Source of the DNA: Trueperaceae bacterium
Lineage (GTDB): Bacteria; Deinococcota; Deinococci; Deinococcales; Trueperaceae
Reading direction: 5' to 3'
Length of the DNA: 64,000 nucleotides
Assembly (NCBI GenBank): GCA_965214405.1
Contig: OZ243956.1
Coordinates: forward strand, 3,008,001-3,072,000
This document shows positions 10,399-20,426 of this stretch, piece after piece. The notes below the pieces were generated by a model. The model was given only the letters and a program-made list of their open reading frames with translations, searched no databases and was not told where the DNA came from. Each line of letters starts with the position of its first letter. The stretch's first letter is position 1. The translations under genes were made by a program, and so were the position numbers.

Positions 10399-11814
10399 TT
10401 AGGTCTTTGCCCTCCTCAAACCAGACACCCCCCAAAGCGTCTCGATACGGACATACAGAAGCGTAGACACCACTAGCAGTGTTCCCGCCACCGTCCAGGC
10501 CACGCCAATGGACGCCCTGTCGGCGATGAAGCCCAGCACGGCACTGCCGCTAAAGAAGCCGGCGTACGAAACGAGCGAAGCCACCGACAACATGCTCGAG
10601 CGCCGCTCTTTCGGGATTTCGTCGTTTTGCACCTTGCCCAGCGGCGACGCCCCCACGCTCCGCCCGAAATAGAACAGCCAGAACAAGGCTGCAGCACCCG
10701 CGACCGTCCCTTGCGCGGCCAGCAGAATCAGTAGCCCACCACCCAGCCCCTCGAACACGGCCCCGACCAGCGCGTACCGCCTCCCGAGCAGCCTGGTGAC
10801 GGGTATTGAGGCGAGGCTGCCCACCATACCGGCCAGAAACCCACCCATCATGAGCGCCCCGAAGAGCACGCGGTGCCCGTCGCTGCCGCCCAACAGCTCG
10901 GCGAAGCGGGGCTGCCAAAAGGTCTCGACACTCGCCAGCGCGAACCCGCTCACCGCCGTGGCGAGGAACAGCAGGCGCAGGACCGGGTTGTTCAGGCTCA
11001 AAGTAAGTGCTTCCTTGATGACGCCCGGCACCTCCCGAAAGCCCCAGGTTTCATTACCCTCCACCTGCCTGCGTTCTTCTTGCACAAACACCGTCACGAT
11101 GACGAGGTTGACCGCCTGCACCAAAACGGCGGCCACGATGGTCATAGCGATAGGCGTGAAGACGGCGCTTCCCTCCTCCGGCAGGCCTCCGAACAGCGAG
11201 GCGATGACGCCGCCCAGCAGCGTGCTGAGGGCGATGGCAAAGGACGAAACGGTACCGGCTCGAGCCAGGTAGGGCTGGATGTCAATTTCGGGGTCGGCGT
11301 CCTGAAGCCGGTCGATAAACCAGGCGTCCAGCGCCCCCGAGGCGAGCGCCCGCCCGACGCCGTTGAGAACACTGGACACGATGAACACCGGGAAGGAAAA
11401 AGCCAGCAGAAAGACCAGGTCTTTGAGCAGCAGGAACGCATAAGCCAGCAGCGTGACCCGCTTGCGCCCGATGGCGTCGGCAAGACCACCCGTCGGCAGC
11501 TCGAGCGCAGCGACCGTCAAAGCAAAGATGCTGGTCAACAGCCCGACCTGAAAGAGGTCCATCCCCCGCGCCTGCATCAACACGATGGCAAGCGGCAGAG
11601 GTAAGCCCACCCCTACCCAGAACAGCGCCGTGGTGAGGTTGTAGATGATTTCCGTGCGGCGCACCCTTTGGCGCGTCTCCTCGGTCCAGTGTTCGTAAGA
11701 GGCAGAGACCCTTCGGGCCGAGCGAGCGTCCCGCCTAAGCTGGGCTTCACGTTGAGACGACGCCATCTTTTCGTAGGCATACTTGAGCGGGTCGCCGGGC
11801 GGGAACATACCCAA
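10399..11814 (-). CDS. MFS transporter
   Basis: ELPTGGLADAIGRKR motif A, about 12 TM; start uncertain. Confidence 0.9.
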   Translation of the reverse strand: MGMFPPGDPLKYAYEKMASSQREAQLRRDARSARRVSASYEHWTEETRQRVRRTEIIYNLTTALFWVGVGLPLPLAIVLMQARGMDLFQVGLLTSIFALTVAALELPTGGLADAIGRKRVTLLAYAFLLLKDLVFLLAFSFPVFIVSSVLNGVGRALASGALDAWFIDRLQDADPEIDIQPYLARAGTVSSFAIALSTLLGGVIASLFGGLPEEGSAVFTPIAMTIVAAVLVQAVNLVIVTVFVQEERRQVEGNETWGFREVPGVIKEALTLSLNNPVLRLLFLATAVSGFALASVETFWQPRFAELLGGSDGHRVLFGALMMGGFLAGMVGSLASIPVTRLLGRRYALVGAVFEGLGGGLLILLAAQGTVAGAAALFWLFYFGRSVGASPLGKVQNDEIPKERRSSMLSVASLVSYAGFFSGSAVLGFIADRASIGVAWTVAGTLLVVSTLLYVRIETLWGVSGLRRAKT

Positions 11815-11825
11815 GTCTCGGTGCT

Positions 11826-12518
11826 ATGCTACTCAAAATGGAAGACGTAAACTCGAGTAGACCTCCTACCGACGCGTTTTATAGGGTGCGAAGCGAGGAA
11901 CAGGCGCGGCTGCTGAGCGACCCCAGCGGCAGTCACTTCCTGCACCCATTCATTGGTCGGGAAACCACCGTGGCAGCGGCGGCGCAGACGCTCGGGTGCA
12001 GTATCCAAACCATGCACTACCGGGTTAAGCAACTGCTGGCGGTGGGGCTGCTCGAGGTCGTGCGCGAACAGAAGCGGGCCGGACGCGCGGTCAAGCATTA
12101 CCGAGCTGTAAGTGACGCGTTCTTCGTGCCCGACGACCTGACTCACTATGCCGACCTGGAAGAGCGGTTTCTAGCTGATCTTCGGCCCACTCTTGGGGCG
12201 ATTGCCAGGGGTCTCGCCGAGGGGATACGCCGTGAGGGACGTACCGGGCAGTGTTTGTTCCAAGATGGTCGCGAAGGCGTGTCGTCTTACGGCTGTGTCG
12301 AGCGACCCGACCAGGTTATCGAGTTCAACCTGGACTATCCCCACAGGCGTGCCAACACCGACCGCCGCGGCGACATCTACCTCACCGAAGCGGAGGCGAG
12401 GGCGTTGGGACAGGAGTTAAATAACCTATTTGAGCGTTATATTCAGCTTCCGCGTAGCGGGTCTGAGTCGCTTGACGCTTACACTTTTCTGTACGCGCTT
12501 GTCCTGTCGCCTGAGTAG
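11826..12518 (+). CDS. ArsR-like winged HTH regulator
   Basis: TVAAAAQTLG..MHYRVKQLLAVGLLEV..GRAVKHYRA; divergent from the MFS gene. Confidence 0.8.
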   Translation: MLLKMEDVNSSRPPTDAFYRVRSEEQARLLSDPSGSHFLHPFIGRETTVAAAAQTLGCSIQTMHYRVKQLLAVGLLEVVREQKRAGRAVKHYRAVSDAFFVPDDLTHYADLEERFLADLRPTLGAIARGLAEGIRREGRTGQCLFQDGREGVSSYGCVERPDQVIEFNLDYPHRRANTDRRGDIYLTEAEARALGQELNNLFERYIQLPRSGSESLDAYTFLYALVLSPE

Positions 12519-12650
12519 AGGGGCATCCTCCTCATGGAAACCGGTAATGGAACCTGTGCGTGAGACGCGCGCAACTGTCGCTTTAAAGGTGAAGTCATTC
12601 ATTAACGCTCCCCGAAATTTTTGGTGTGACAGGTATAACCAAGGGAAGGC

Positions 12651-14225
12651 TTAAGCTCGAGCCTTCAGATGCCCCTGCCAGTCAAACCCCTCGCGCACCG
12701 CGCTACTTTGAGGCATCACGTCTAAACGTATACATTCCTCAACCGCACACAGTTCGGCGTCCCTTTGAAAGCCCAGAACCGCTTTTATTTCGTTTCCTTT
12801 GACGTAGTAGGCTAAAAACTCGCGCGCGTCTAAGTCGCCGTCAATCACCACGTCGTCCCAATCTTCGGCGTGCCCGACGTAGCGCAGGCCCACGCCGTGC
12901 TGTTTGCTCCAGAAAAGGGGGACACCGTCAAAATTTACGTCTTGCCCCAGCATGGCCCTTGCCGCGGTGACACCTTGTTGCATCGCCACGCGCCAGTGTT
13001 CGATGCGGACGCGGTTGCCGCGGTAGTCAAAGGCGGCCAAATCGCCCGCGGCGTGAAGGCCATCTCCGCCTTCAACGCGCATGGTCGCGTCTACGGACAC
13101 GCCCCCATCGTCGTTTTTTGGCACGCCCTCCAAAAAGTCCGTCGCGGGCTCCACGCCGATGCCAACGATGACCGTATCGGCTTGGAGCCTTTCCCCCGTG
13201 TCCAGCACCACGCTTTCAACTTGCGACTCACCCTCGAGTCGCTCTACCTGCGCGCCCTCCCTGAACACCACCCCGTTCTCCTCGTGCAGCTTTTGCAGCA
13301 TCTCTGCAACATCCTCCCCAAAAAGGGACGCAAAAGGTTTTGACCGCGCGACCACCGTGACCTTTGCACCACGCGCCCTCGCCGAGGAGGCGCATTCCAT
13401 GCCGATAAAGCTCGAGCCCACGATGATTACCCGATTCCCCTCGTCAAGCTTGGCGATAATGCGCTCGCTGTCGCGGAGGCTTCGCAGGGTGAACACGTTG
13501 GAGAGGGTGCCGCCGGGGACTTCTAAGATGCGGGGTTTGGACCCGGACGCCAGGAGGAGCGCGTTGTAAGAAAGCGTGTCACCGTCCGCAAACGTTAGTT
13601 TCTTAGTTGAGGGCTCGAGCCGCGTCACCCGTTGCCCGAGCATGAGGTCGATGTTGTGGGTTTGGTAGAAGGCGGGGGCTCGAGCCGGAATCCAGCCCAT
13701 CGTTTTCTCTTCGCTGAGATAGTCCTTGGAGAGCAGGGTGCGGTCATAGGGGAGCGCGTCCTCTCGTGACACCATCACCACGCGTCCCTGGAAGCCCTCG
13801 CGGCGGAGCGCTTCGGAGGCGGCGAAACCTGCCGCGCCTGTGCCCAAGATGACAAAGGTGCGTGAATCTTCTTCAGCGTCTAAAGAAGCCATCTCGGGCA
13901 CGCGCTTCTCGGGTGCGTCCTCCGGCACGGTGACGAAAACCTCACCGTCCTCTTCCGTTACCTCAAAGGTCGGCTGCGCGTCCAGAGCGGGAGGTTCTAA
14001 CAGCGCGCCCGTCTGGACCGAAAAGCAGGCGTGGTGCCAGGGGCACATCACCCGGTCGCCGTTCAAAACACCTTCGGCTAAGGGAGCGCCGTAGTGGGTG
14101 CAGTGGGCGTGGAGCGCGTGGTAGCGCCCCTCCACGCGGGCTAGCAGCACCTCCCTATCGCCCACGGTTACGCTTTTCATCTCGCCGTCTTTGAGGTCGT
14201 TTCGGTTTGCAACACGTGTTTTCAT
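12651..14225 (-). CDS. Rieske [2Fe-2S] domain fused to FAD/NAD oxidoreductase (AIF-like)
   Basis: CTHYG..CPWH, GTGAAG, GSSFIGME, AAGD, RIEHW. Confidence 0.93.
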   Translation of the reverse strand: MKTRVANRNDLKDGEMKSVTVGDREVLLARVEGRYHALHAHCTHYGAPLAEGVLNGDRVMCPWHHACFSVQTGALLEPPALDAQPTFEVTEEDGEVFVTVPEDAPEKRVPEMASLDAEEDSRTFVILGTGAAGFAASEALRREGFQGRVVMVSREDALPYDRTLLSKDYLSEEKTMGWIPARAPAFYQTHNIDLMLGQRVTRLEPSTKKLTFADGDTLSYNALLLASGSKPRILEVPGGTLSNVFTLRSLRDSERIIAKLDEGNRVIIVGSSFIGMECASSARARGAKVTVVARSKPFASLFGEDVAEMLQKLHEENGVVFREGAQVERLEGESQVESVVLDTGERLQADTVIVGIGVEPATDFLEGVPKNDDGGVSVDATMRVEGGDGLHAAGDLAAFDYRGNRVRIEHWRVAMQQGVTAARAMLGQDVNFDGVPLFWSKQHGVGLRYVGHAEDWDDVVIDGDLDAREFLAYYVKGNEIKAVLGFQRDAELCAVEECIRLDVMPQSSAVREGFDWQGHLKARA

Positions 14226-14311
14226 AGGCTCAGTTTAGCCTGAGCAAGCGGAGCGCTTTAGAAAGCTATGCGCAGTTTTTGAAGGTCGCAAAATAACGCC
14301 ACGCTTTTTGC

Positions 14312-14342
14312 AAAGAAAAACCCCCGGTGAAAGCCAGGGGTT
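14312..14342 (-). terminator. Rho-independent terminator of the large lipoprotein gene
   Basis: Minus strand AACCCCTGG-ctttca-CCGGGGGTT followed by T-run. Confidence 0.75.
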
Positions 14343-14362
14343 GCGAGAGAGTTTAGGGTTTC

Positions 14363-17300
14363 TTACTGCTGGGGCGGCCTGATCGACACCGTCTCCTCGA
14401 CCGAATAGGGCAAGAAGGGGTGCTGGGTGTCGTTGGGGTCGGCGTCCCAATCGACCGTCGCGGTCGCGGTGGCGTTGCCGACCTTGTCGGCGTCTGCGCT
14501 CACCACGAAGACGGCGGTGAAGCCGACCGGGTGGTCGTAAGGCCCGAACGAGACCGTATCGCCGCCCGTCGCGCCTACCGCGATGGGACCGGAAACCGCG
14601 CCTGTGTCGGACACGAAGTAGAGCTGACCGCCCGTGAGGGTGGCGTTGTCGGCGCCCGCAGCGTCTAAGGTCACGTCGAGCGTGGTGCGCTCGGCGGTGC
14701 CGTCTTCGTCGGCGGAGGAAACGCCGCCGTTCTGGACCGAGAAGAGGTAGACGAAGTCGTCGCCGCGCTCGACCACGCTGATGAACTGGAGCTCTTCCGC
14801 GCCCAGGTCGTAGTTGCCAAGGTCGTTGAGTTCCAACCAGGCGTCCGCCGCTTCAAAGGAGAAGATTTCGGCGCAGTCGGCAATGAAGGAGAAGCGGTCG
14901 CCGAATACAGCGCCCAGTTCCTCTTCGGCCACGCCCGTAAAGCCGTACGTTCCCAGCGCCTCTACGTTGCAGTCGCCAAGGTCTTGGTCCTGATTCATGT
15001 TGCCCGCGGTCAAGGCCGCCAGGTTGATGTGGAAGTCCGGGTCGAAGAGCTTGACGTTCAAGAGAAGCTCCGTGCTGCCCGTGTCGCCGCCGCCCATGAG
15101 GGGCACGGTTTCCCAGAAGACAGCCTTGTCGCCGAAGTCGCGCAGGTACGCCTCAAAGCCGGGCGGGGGGTTGCTGGGCGAGCCGACAAAGGTCGCCGTG
15201 TAGTCTGCCGTCGGCGTGACGCCCTCGTCGTCCACAACCGTGAGCGGGTCGGCGGTGGTGTAGTCGAGGCCGATAAGGAAGATGTCGCTCAAGTTCACGT
15301 CTCGAGCGTACGGGTTGTCGCGCGTTGAGCCGTCAAATTCGCTCGGGTACATTGCCGCAAGTTCGGCGTAGCCGGGGTCGGAGAGCGTGCGGTCGAGGTT
15401 GGCGATGGTGACGCCGAAGCGCGCCGCCATGCCGATGTCGAAGGGCATGTCTTGCGGGTTTAGGAGCTCCTTGTCGATGTCGAAAATCGGGCGCACAGCG
15501 TGGATGATGACGTCGTCTTCGTTCGCGTAGCCGTCAAAGTCCACGACTTGCTGCGTGCCTTCGAAGAACCAGGCGGCGGTAACGTCGCGGAGCGCGCCGC
15601 CGTTGATGATCTCGTACGGGTCGCTGTAGCAGACGCTGGTATCGCCTCTGTCACTATTATCGTCGCCGTTGTCGTTGTCATCGCCGTCATTACCATCGTC
15701 GTCTTCATTGTCAAAAGTGAAGCCGACGGTGTAGAACTCGGACGCCTCTAAGTCCTCTTCGTCCACGCAGAAGCCGGGCTTCTGGCGTACGTAAACGTCG
15801 AAGGTGCGCGTGGCGGACTCGCCCGGGGCCAAGTCGCCGACGAACCAGGTGACGGCGTGATTCACCGAGTTGTAGGTGCCGCCGTCGGTCAAGCTCGACT
15901 CGATGACGCCGAGTTCGGCGGGGAGGTCGTCCTCTAAAGTCACGTCCGTCGCCGTCACGTCGTCCGCTTGCGTGGGGCTGGTGTTGGTCACGCTCAGCGT
16001 GACGGTGGTGGTGAACACGCCTCCTGCGGGCACCGCGTTGGCGGGGTCGAGCGTGTAGTCGATTTCGCCGTTGTTGTCGATGTCGGTCCCGGCGTCGCTG
16101 TCGTCGTCGCCGTCGATCAGGTCCAAGTTGTCGCCGTACCAGGTCAGCACGTGGTTCTCGACCTTTTTGTCGATGTCCAGTACGTTGCTGATGTAGCGCT
16201 TGGTGACCGTGACGTCCTTGAGAGGGAAGTAGTAGGTGGTGTTGCCAAAGTCGAGCGCCGTATAGAGCACCGCCCGGACCGTCGCCTGGATGGGCAGGTC
16301 TTCGGGGGAGACGGAGTCGTTGGGGCGCAGCGAGAGGCTGCCGTCAAAGTCCCGGTAGCAGTCCGCGCCGGGCGCAACGGGATCAATCAGCACTTCACCG
16401 TCAGGCGCGGTGACGCCGTCGTCCAAATCCACGCCCGCTAAGGTCACCACGTCCGCGCCCTCGGTGAGCGAGAAGCAGACGAAGCCTAAGTCTTCAACCT
16501 CGAGCGCCTCTTCGGGCTGCTTGGCAAATAGGTCCACCTCGACGTTGAACACATTGCGAAGGGGGTTCTCGAGGCGGTCGTTCGTGTCGAAGATGTTGAT
16601 CTCTTCAAAGCTCGAACCCGTGCGCGTCCCCGTCATCTCACCGTTTAGGTAGAGGTGCGCCAGGTTGTAAGGCACGAGTTTGAATTCGGTCAAGGCCGAG
16701 CCGCCGTCGCCCTCGGCGGACACGACGATCCTGGCGACGTCGCCCGCGTCGGCCGTTTCGCTGGTGCCGAGCGCGGCGTAGAGCGTGAAAGTCGCTTCGC
16801 CGTTCGCGTCGGTGTAGAGGGAGTCGCGGAAGGCTGCGGTGCTCAAGCCCTGCGTGCTTAAACCCTGGGCGCTCACGCCGCTCGCTTCCGCGCAGCCGCG
16901 GATGATGGCGATGCGGTCGTCCATGTAGTCGGACTCGGCGGTGTTGACGGTGAGCTGCGCGCCCGCGACCGGATGGCCGCGCTCGTCGGTGGCGCGCACC
17001 GTCACGCATACCGGCTCCTCGGTCTGGGCAGCGTAAATCATCACGTCTTTGTTGGCGTTGACCTCGAGCCTAGAGGGCAGCGCCACCCCGCCCATGTCAA
17101 GCGCCGTCACCGCGGCGAGCGCGGCCACGGGGTCGGCGGGCGCGTCTCCCGGCGGCGTCTGGTTGGGTCCCACCTCATAGTTTAGGGTGAGGCTGGTGCG
17201 ACCGTTGGCGGTCACTTCCACCCTTGCCAAAGTCGGGTCGAGCATCCCGGCGACGGGCAAGCCGTCAACCGCGTAGGTGCCCGGCTCCAAGGTCCATTCT

Positions 17301-17518
17301 TTAACACCCGTGATCGCGCCCTGCCACACGGTTTCCTCGCCATTGGCGACGATAATGTCCGCCGTCTCGACGCCCGCGAGCGCGACTTCGAGCACGCCCT
17401 GCGCCGCCGCTGACGGCGTGTCGGTATCGTCCGGGCCGCTTTTGCCGCAGGCCGCCAGAAGTAGCGCGAGCGCCGCGAGCAGCATGACCCATGACGACAC
17501 CCTGTTCAAGCTGTACAT
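14363..17518 (-). CDS. Large acidic surface lipoprotein with Ig-like/DUF11-like domains (1051 aa)
   Basis: AAGGAG RBS, lipobox LLAAC, VTLEDDLP..VTWFVGDLAPGES repeat, Asp-rich loops. Confidence 0.8.
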   Translation of the reverse strand: MYSLNRVSSWVMLLAALALLLAACGKSGPDDTDTPSAAAQGVLEVALAGVETADIIVANGEETVWQGAITGVKEWTLEPGTYAVDGLPVAGMLDPTLARVEVTANGRTSLTLNYEVGPNQTPPGDAPADPVAALAAVTALDMGGVALPSRLEVNANKDVMIYAAQTEEPVCVTVRATDERGHPVAGAQLTVNTAESDYMDDRIAIIRGCAEASGVSAQGLSTQGLSTAAFRDSLYTDANGEATFTLYAALGTSETADAGDVARIVVSAEGDGGSALTEFKLVPYNLAHLYLNGEMTGTRTGSSFEEINIFDTNDRLENPLRNVFNVEVDLFAKQPEEALEVEDLGFVCFSLTEGADVVTLAGVDLDDGVTAPDGEVLIDPVAPGADCYRDFDGSLSLRPNDSVSPEDLPIQATVRAVLYTALDFGNTTYYFPLKDVTVTKRYISNVLDIDKKVENHVLTWYGDNLDLIDGDDDSDAGTDIDNNGEIDYTLDPANAVPAGGVFTTTVTLSVTNTSPTQADDVTATDVTLEDDLPAELGVIESSLTDGGTYNSVNHAVTWFVGDLAPGESATRTFDVYVRQKPGFCVDEEDLEASEFYTVGFTFDNEDDDGNDGDDNDNGDDNSDRGDTSVCYSDPYEIINGGALRDVTAAWFFEGTQQVVDFDGYANEDDVIIHAVRPIFDIDKELLNPQDMPFDIGMAARFGVTIANLDRTLSDPGYAELAAMYPSEFDGSTRDNPYARDVNLSDIFLIGLDYTTADPLTVVDDEGVTPTADYTATFVGSPSNPPPGFEAYLRDFGDKAVFWETVPLMGGGDTGSTELLLNVKLFDPDFHINLAALTAGNMNQDQDLGDCNVEALGTYGFTGVAEEELGAVFGDRFSFIADCAEIFSFEAADAWLELNDLGNYDLGAEELQFISVVERGDDFVYLFSVQNGGVSSADEDGTAERTTLDVTLDAAGADNATLTGGQLYFVSDTGAVSGPIAVGATGGDTVSFGPYDHPVGFTAVFVVSADADKVGNATATATVDWDADPNDTQHPFLPYSVEETVSIRPPQQ

Positions 17519-17959
17519 ACGTTCTCCTTTTCGAAAATCAAAGATTATGTTGTTTCCATAACCGCCCGTCGCTCTACAGGTTGAAAGAATCAAGGAGCTG
17601 ATTGGACGGGTTATGGCGTACGCCCGCGTGAACGGGCGCGCAGCTTACTTTTTGTCAGGATTTTGTGCTCAATACTCTTCGGTATCTAGCCGAGGGACTA
17701 GTGACCGCTTTGCGGTGTCGGGGCGTGTCCACCTGCTACGGGGATACCATGTGGACACGCTTCTAAACATCCGCTGCGATAGGGCCAACAAGAGCACCCG
17801 TGCGGGGCCAAAGACCCCGGTAACCTGACGCGCGTTTCACCTCCTTTGACCCAAGCGTAGAGGAGGCGGCTCGAGCTTCCAAGGGACGGGCGCTGTAGCG
17901 CGTTTAGGGCTTTGGTCTTAGGCCCTCGAGATCGTCTTCGGCAAATCAACCCTTCAGCT

Positions 17960-17989
17960 TAGGCACTGTTTCTATAGGCACTGTTTCTA
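17960..17989. repeat. Tandem 15-bp duplication
   Basis: TAGGCACTGTTTCTA x2. Confidence 0.85.
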
Positions 17990-18073
17990 GTAGGAGAGTA
18001 GGAGAGGAGTGGGGGAGAAGGCTTCCGACGTCGCTCAGCACTTTTCACTCACCACTCGGTACTTTTTTCATGG

Positions 18074-18628
18074 TTAAGACTTGAGCGCAGTCCGCCCGTG
18101 TTGCACGATGAGTTCGGTGCGACTTTTCGCGTCCAGCTTTTTGAGCACGTTGGACACGTAAACTTTGACGGTTTTTTCGGAGAGGTCTAAGCGTTGCGCG
18201 ATTTTTTTGTTCGTCAGCCCCTCGACGACGAGGCTCAGCACCTGGTGCTCTCTGGGGGTGAGCGTGGGCGTGCTCTGCGTCCGCACGAAAAGGCTGAGAA
18301 TCGACCGCTCGGCCCAGATTTGGCCCCCACGCACCGCGTTGACCGCGCTCGCCAAGTCTTTCGCGCCCTCCTCCCCGCTCAGGTAGCCCTTGTAGCCCGC
18401 GTCCAGCACGCACACTTTATCCGAGTCCATCCCGTCGATGAGCGCGAGGGTGGGCACGGCGGGGGGCGCGGGATAGGGCGGCTTGAGCGGGCGCAGGTTC
18501 CAGATAGCCACGTCCACGTGAGGGGCGGCGCGGGGTCCTGTGACGACCTCGAAACGGGCGCGCGTGAGCAGCGTCGCCAGCGCCTCGTCGATGAGGCGTG
18601 AGTCGGAGTGGACCCATACGGTTGTCAT
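18074..18628 (-). CDS. Atypical NarL/LuxR response regulator (degenerate receiver, Asn at acceptor position)
   Basis: AGGAG RBS; DVAIWNL; LTPREHQVL..GLTNKKIA..LSEKTVKVYVSNVLKKL. Confidence 0.88.
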   Translation of the reverse strand: MTTVWVHSDSRLIDEALATLLTRARFEVVTGPRAAPHVDVAIWNLRPLKPPYPAPPAVPTLALIDGMDSDKVCVLDAGYKGYLSGEEGAKDLASAVNAVRGGQIWAERSILSLFVRTQSTPTLTPREHQVLSLVVEGLTNKKIAQRLDLSEKTVKVYVSNVLKKLDAKSRTELIVQHGRTALKS

Positions 18629-18927
18629 AGTCGGGCTCCTTAGAATCAAGCACGCGGCCTTTGACCGCGCACTTCGTGAGATGCCCCCAACCACTCAAAA
18701 AGCGTTCATGGCTTTCATTTGGTCCTAATCTAGCACAAATAATTCGCGTCATGTTCGCCTTTATTTGTGTATCTGTCAAGGACGTTTTAGAGACGTTTCG
18801 GTAAACGGCCTAAGCCTTTGGGTGTAGCACCTTTACACCTCCCGTGCCTGGACAACCACGCGGCGCACCTTCACAATGAATGAGTCGTCAGCGGCGGCTG
18901 TAGTGTGACCCTGATTATGAGCACACG

Positions 18928-18952
18928 CCGTGAATTCACCGTGAATTCACCG
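18928..18952. promoter_or_regulatory. Tandem palindromes GTGAATTCAC at 11-bp period, candidate operator
   Basis: Copies at 18930-18939 and 18941-18950, between divergent regulator genes. Confidence 0.45.
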
Positions 18953-19053
18953 AGCAGGTGTCACGCCGCGAGGTTGGTACGTGGTTCTTTCCGCACTTGC
19001 GGCCTACCGGAGGACAAATCCGCCACGCTGGCCGGGACACGAAAGGTTGTTTG

Positions 19054-19497
19054 ATGCACGTCTGGGTGCAGTCATCGTCACACATCACCGCGGCGGCGCT
19101 TGCGGAACTCCTGCGGGTGCGCGGCTTTTCCGCCAGCACCCGGCGGGAAAGCGTGAGCGAGGTGGCCCTGTGGGATTTGACAGGGTGGGATTTAACGGGG
19201 TGGGATTTAACGGGGTGGGATTTGACCGGGTGGGACTCGAGCAGCGGGAATTTTGCGGTGGGGCTCGAGCACGGCCTCCCCCTCCCGCTCCCCACGCTGG
19301 CGCTCGTTCCCGACGAAAGGGTAGGCGCTCTGGCGTTCAGGCTGGGTTACCGCGGCTATCTAACGCGCCGGGCGGGGGGGGGAGAGCTCGAGCGGGCGCT
19401 GCTGGCGCTCTCAAAGGGTCAGATGTGGGTCGGGGACCATCCCCTGCTCGAGAGGAACGCCAGACGTTTCTGGAGGCGGCGTGAAAAAAAGTTGTGA
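19054..19497 (+). CDS. Receiver-like protein without HTH, with (WDLTG)4 expansion
   Basis: Aligns with neighbours (HVWV, PTLALV, GYRGYL, G.MW) but ends before the LuxR HTH. Confidence 0.65.
   Translation: MHVWVQSSSHITAAALAELLRVRGFSASTRRESVSEVALWDLTGWDLTGWDLTGWDLTGWDSSSGNFAVGLEHGLPLPLPTLALVPDERVGALAFRLGYRGYLTRRAGGGELERALLALSKGQMWVGDHPLLERNARRFWRRREKKL
19171..19235 (+). repeat. 15-bp coding tandem repeat TGGGATTTRACVGGG x4 plus partial
   Basis: Read directly; encodes WDLTG x4. Confidence 0.95.
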
Positions 19498-20288
19498 GCC
19501 AAGGAGAGGATGTTGACATGCAGACCCGTAGCGAGGCTTCACCCCCCGCGCCTCCATCTGTGACCGGTTCCGAAGTCGGTAAGGGGGCCGTAAACTCCGG
19601 CGAGAACCGCGTCTCGAGGGTGTGGATTCATTCGCCTTCGCAGCTTATCAACGAAGCGCTGGGCGCGCTTCTCACCAGAGCGGGGTGTGAGGGCGGCGAG
19701 GTCTTGGCCCGCGCCGACTCACAAGCCGACGCCAACATAGCCATAGCCGACATAGCCATAGCCGACATAGCCATAGCCGACATAGCCATAGCCGACATAG
19801 CCGTGTGGGACTTGCGCAGCTTAGAGCCGCCCTACCCGCGCCCGCCGGACCTCCCGACCTTAGCGCTTATTGGTCAAGGCGACGCGGCCAAGGAGGGCGC
19901 GCTTCAGGCGGGCTACCGCGGTTATTTAAGCGGCGAGGAGACGGCGGACGAGGTCGGGCGCGCGCTCGAGGCGGTGCTCAGGGGGGAGGTCTGGGCGGAG
20001 CGCCGCGTCCTCAGCCGTTTGGTCACCAAACCCGAGCTGCCCCCGCTGACGGCTCGAGAGGCCCAGGTTCTCCCCCTCGTGCTCAAAGGGTTGTCCAACA
20101 AAGGCGTCGCCAAGCGGCTGGGGCTCGCCGAAAAAACCGTCAAGGTCTACGTTTCGGAGTTGCTCTACAAACTCGAGGCGAAAAACCGCGCGGAACTTAT
20201 TTTGCGCCACGAGCGGGAGCGGTGTTTTGGAGTCCGGCCCGAGCCTACGCAGCCTGTGAGCACTCGGGCACGCCAGCGGCACTTTTGA
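19494..20288 (+). CDS. Atypical NarL/LuxR response regulator with (IADIA)n expansion
   Basis: DIAVWDL, GYRGYL, LTAREAQVL..GLSNKGVA..LAEKTVKVYVS; start overlaps upstream stop. Confidence 0.88.
   Translation: MSQGEDVDMQTRSEASPPAPPSVTGSEVGKGAVNSGENRVSRVWIHSPSQLINEALGALLTRAGCEGGEVLARADSQADANIAIADIAIADIAIADIAIADIAVWDLRSLEPPYPRPPDLPTLALIGQGDAAKEGALQAGYRGYLSGEETADEVGRALEAVLRGEVWAERRVLSRLVTKPELPPLTAREAQVLPLVLKGLSNKGVAKRLGLAEKTVKVYVSELLYKLEAKNRAELILRHERERCFGVRPEPTQPVSTRARQRHF
19735..19802 (+). repeat. 15-bp perfect coding tandem repeat ACATAGCCATAGCCG x4.5
   Basis: Read directly. Confidence 0.95.
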
Positions 20289-20426
20289 GTTGTCCGCTCC
20301 TCTCGAGGTGACAGAAACTTGTTGAAAAAGCTTGAAGAGAATGTGGAGCAGCTTTGCTTCTACACCTCTTGCAGATGCAGATGTTGAAAAACGCGCCGCG
20401 CGACCACGAACGTGTAATCTAAAAGC

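Noticed and set aside
19440..19500. Frameshifted LuxR HTH for the short receiver gene
   Set aside because: No LTxRE or HTH-like sequence in alternative frames before the next gene
19171..19802. Repeats as CRISPR or DGR template/variable repeats
   Set aside because: Simple in-frame tandem repeats; no spacers and no reverse transcriptase in the window
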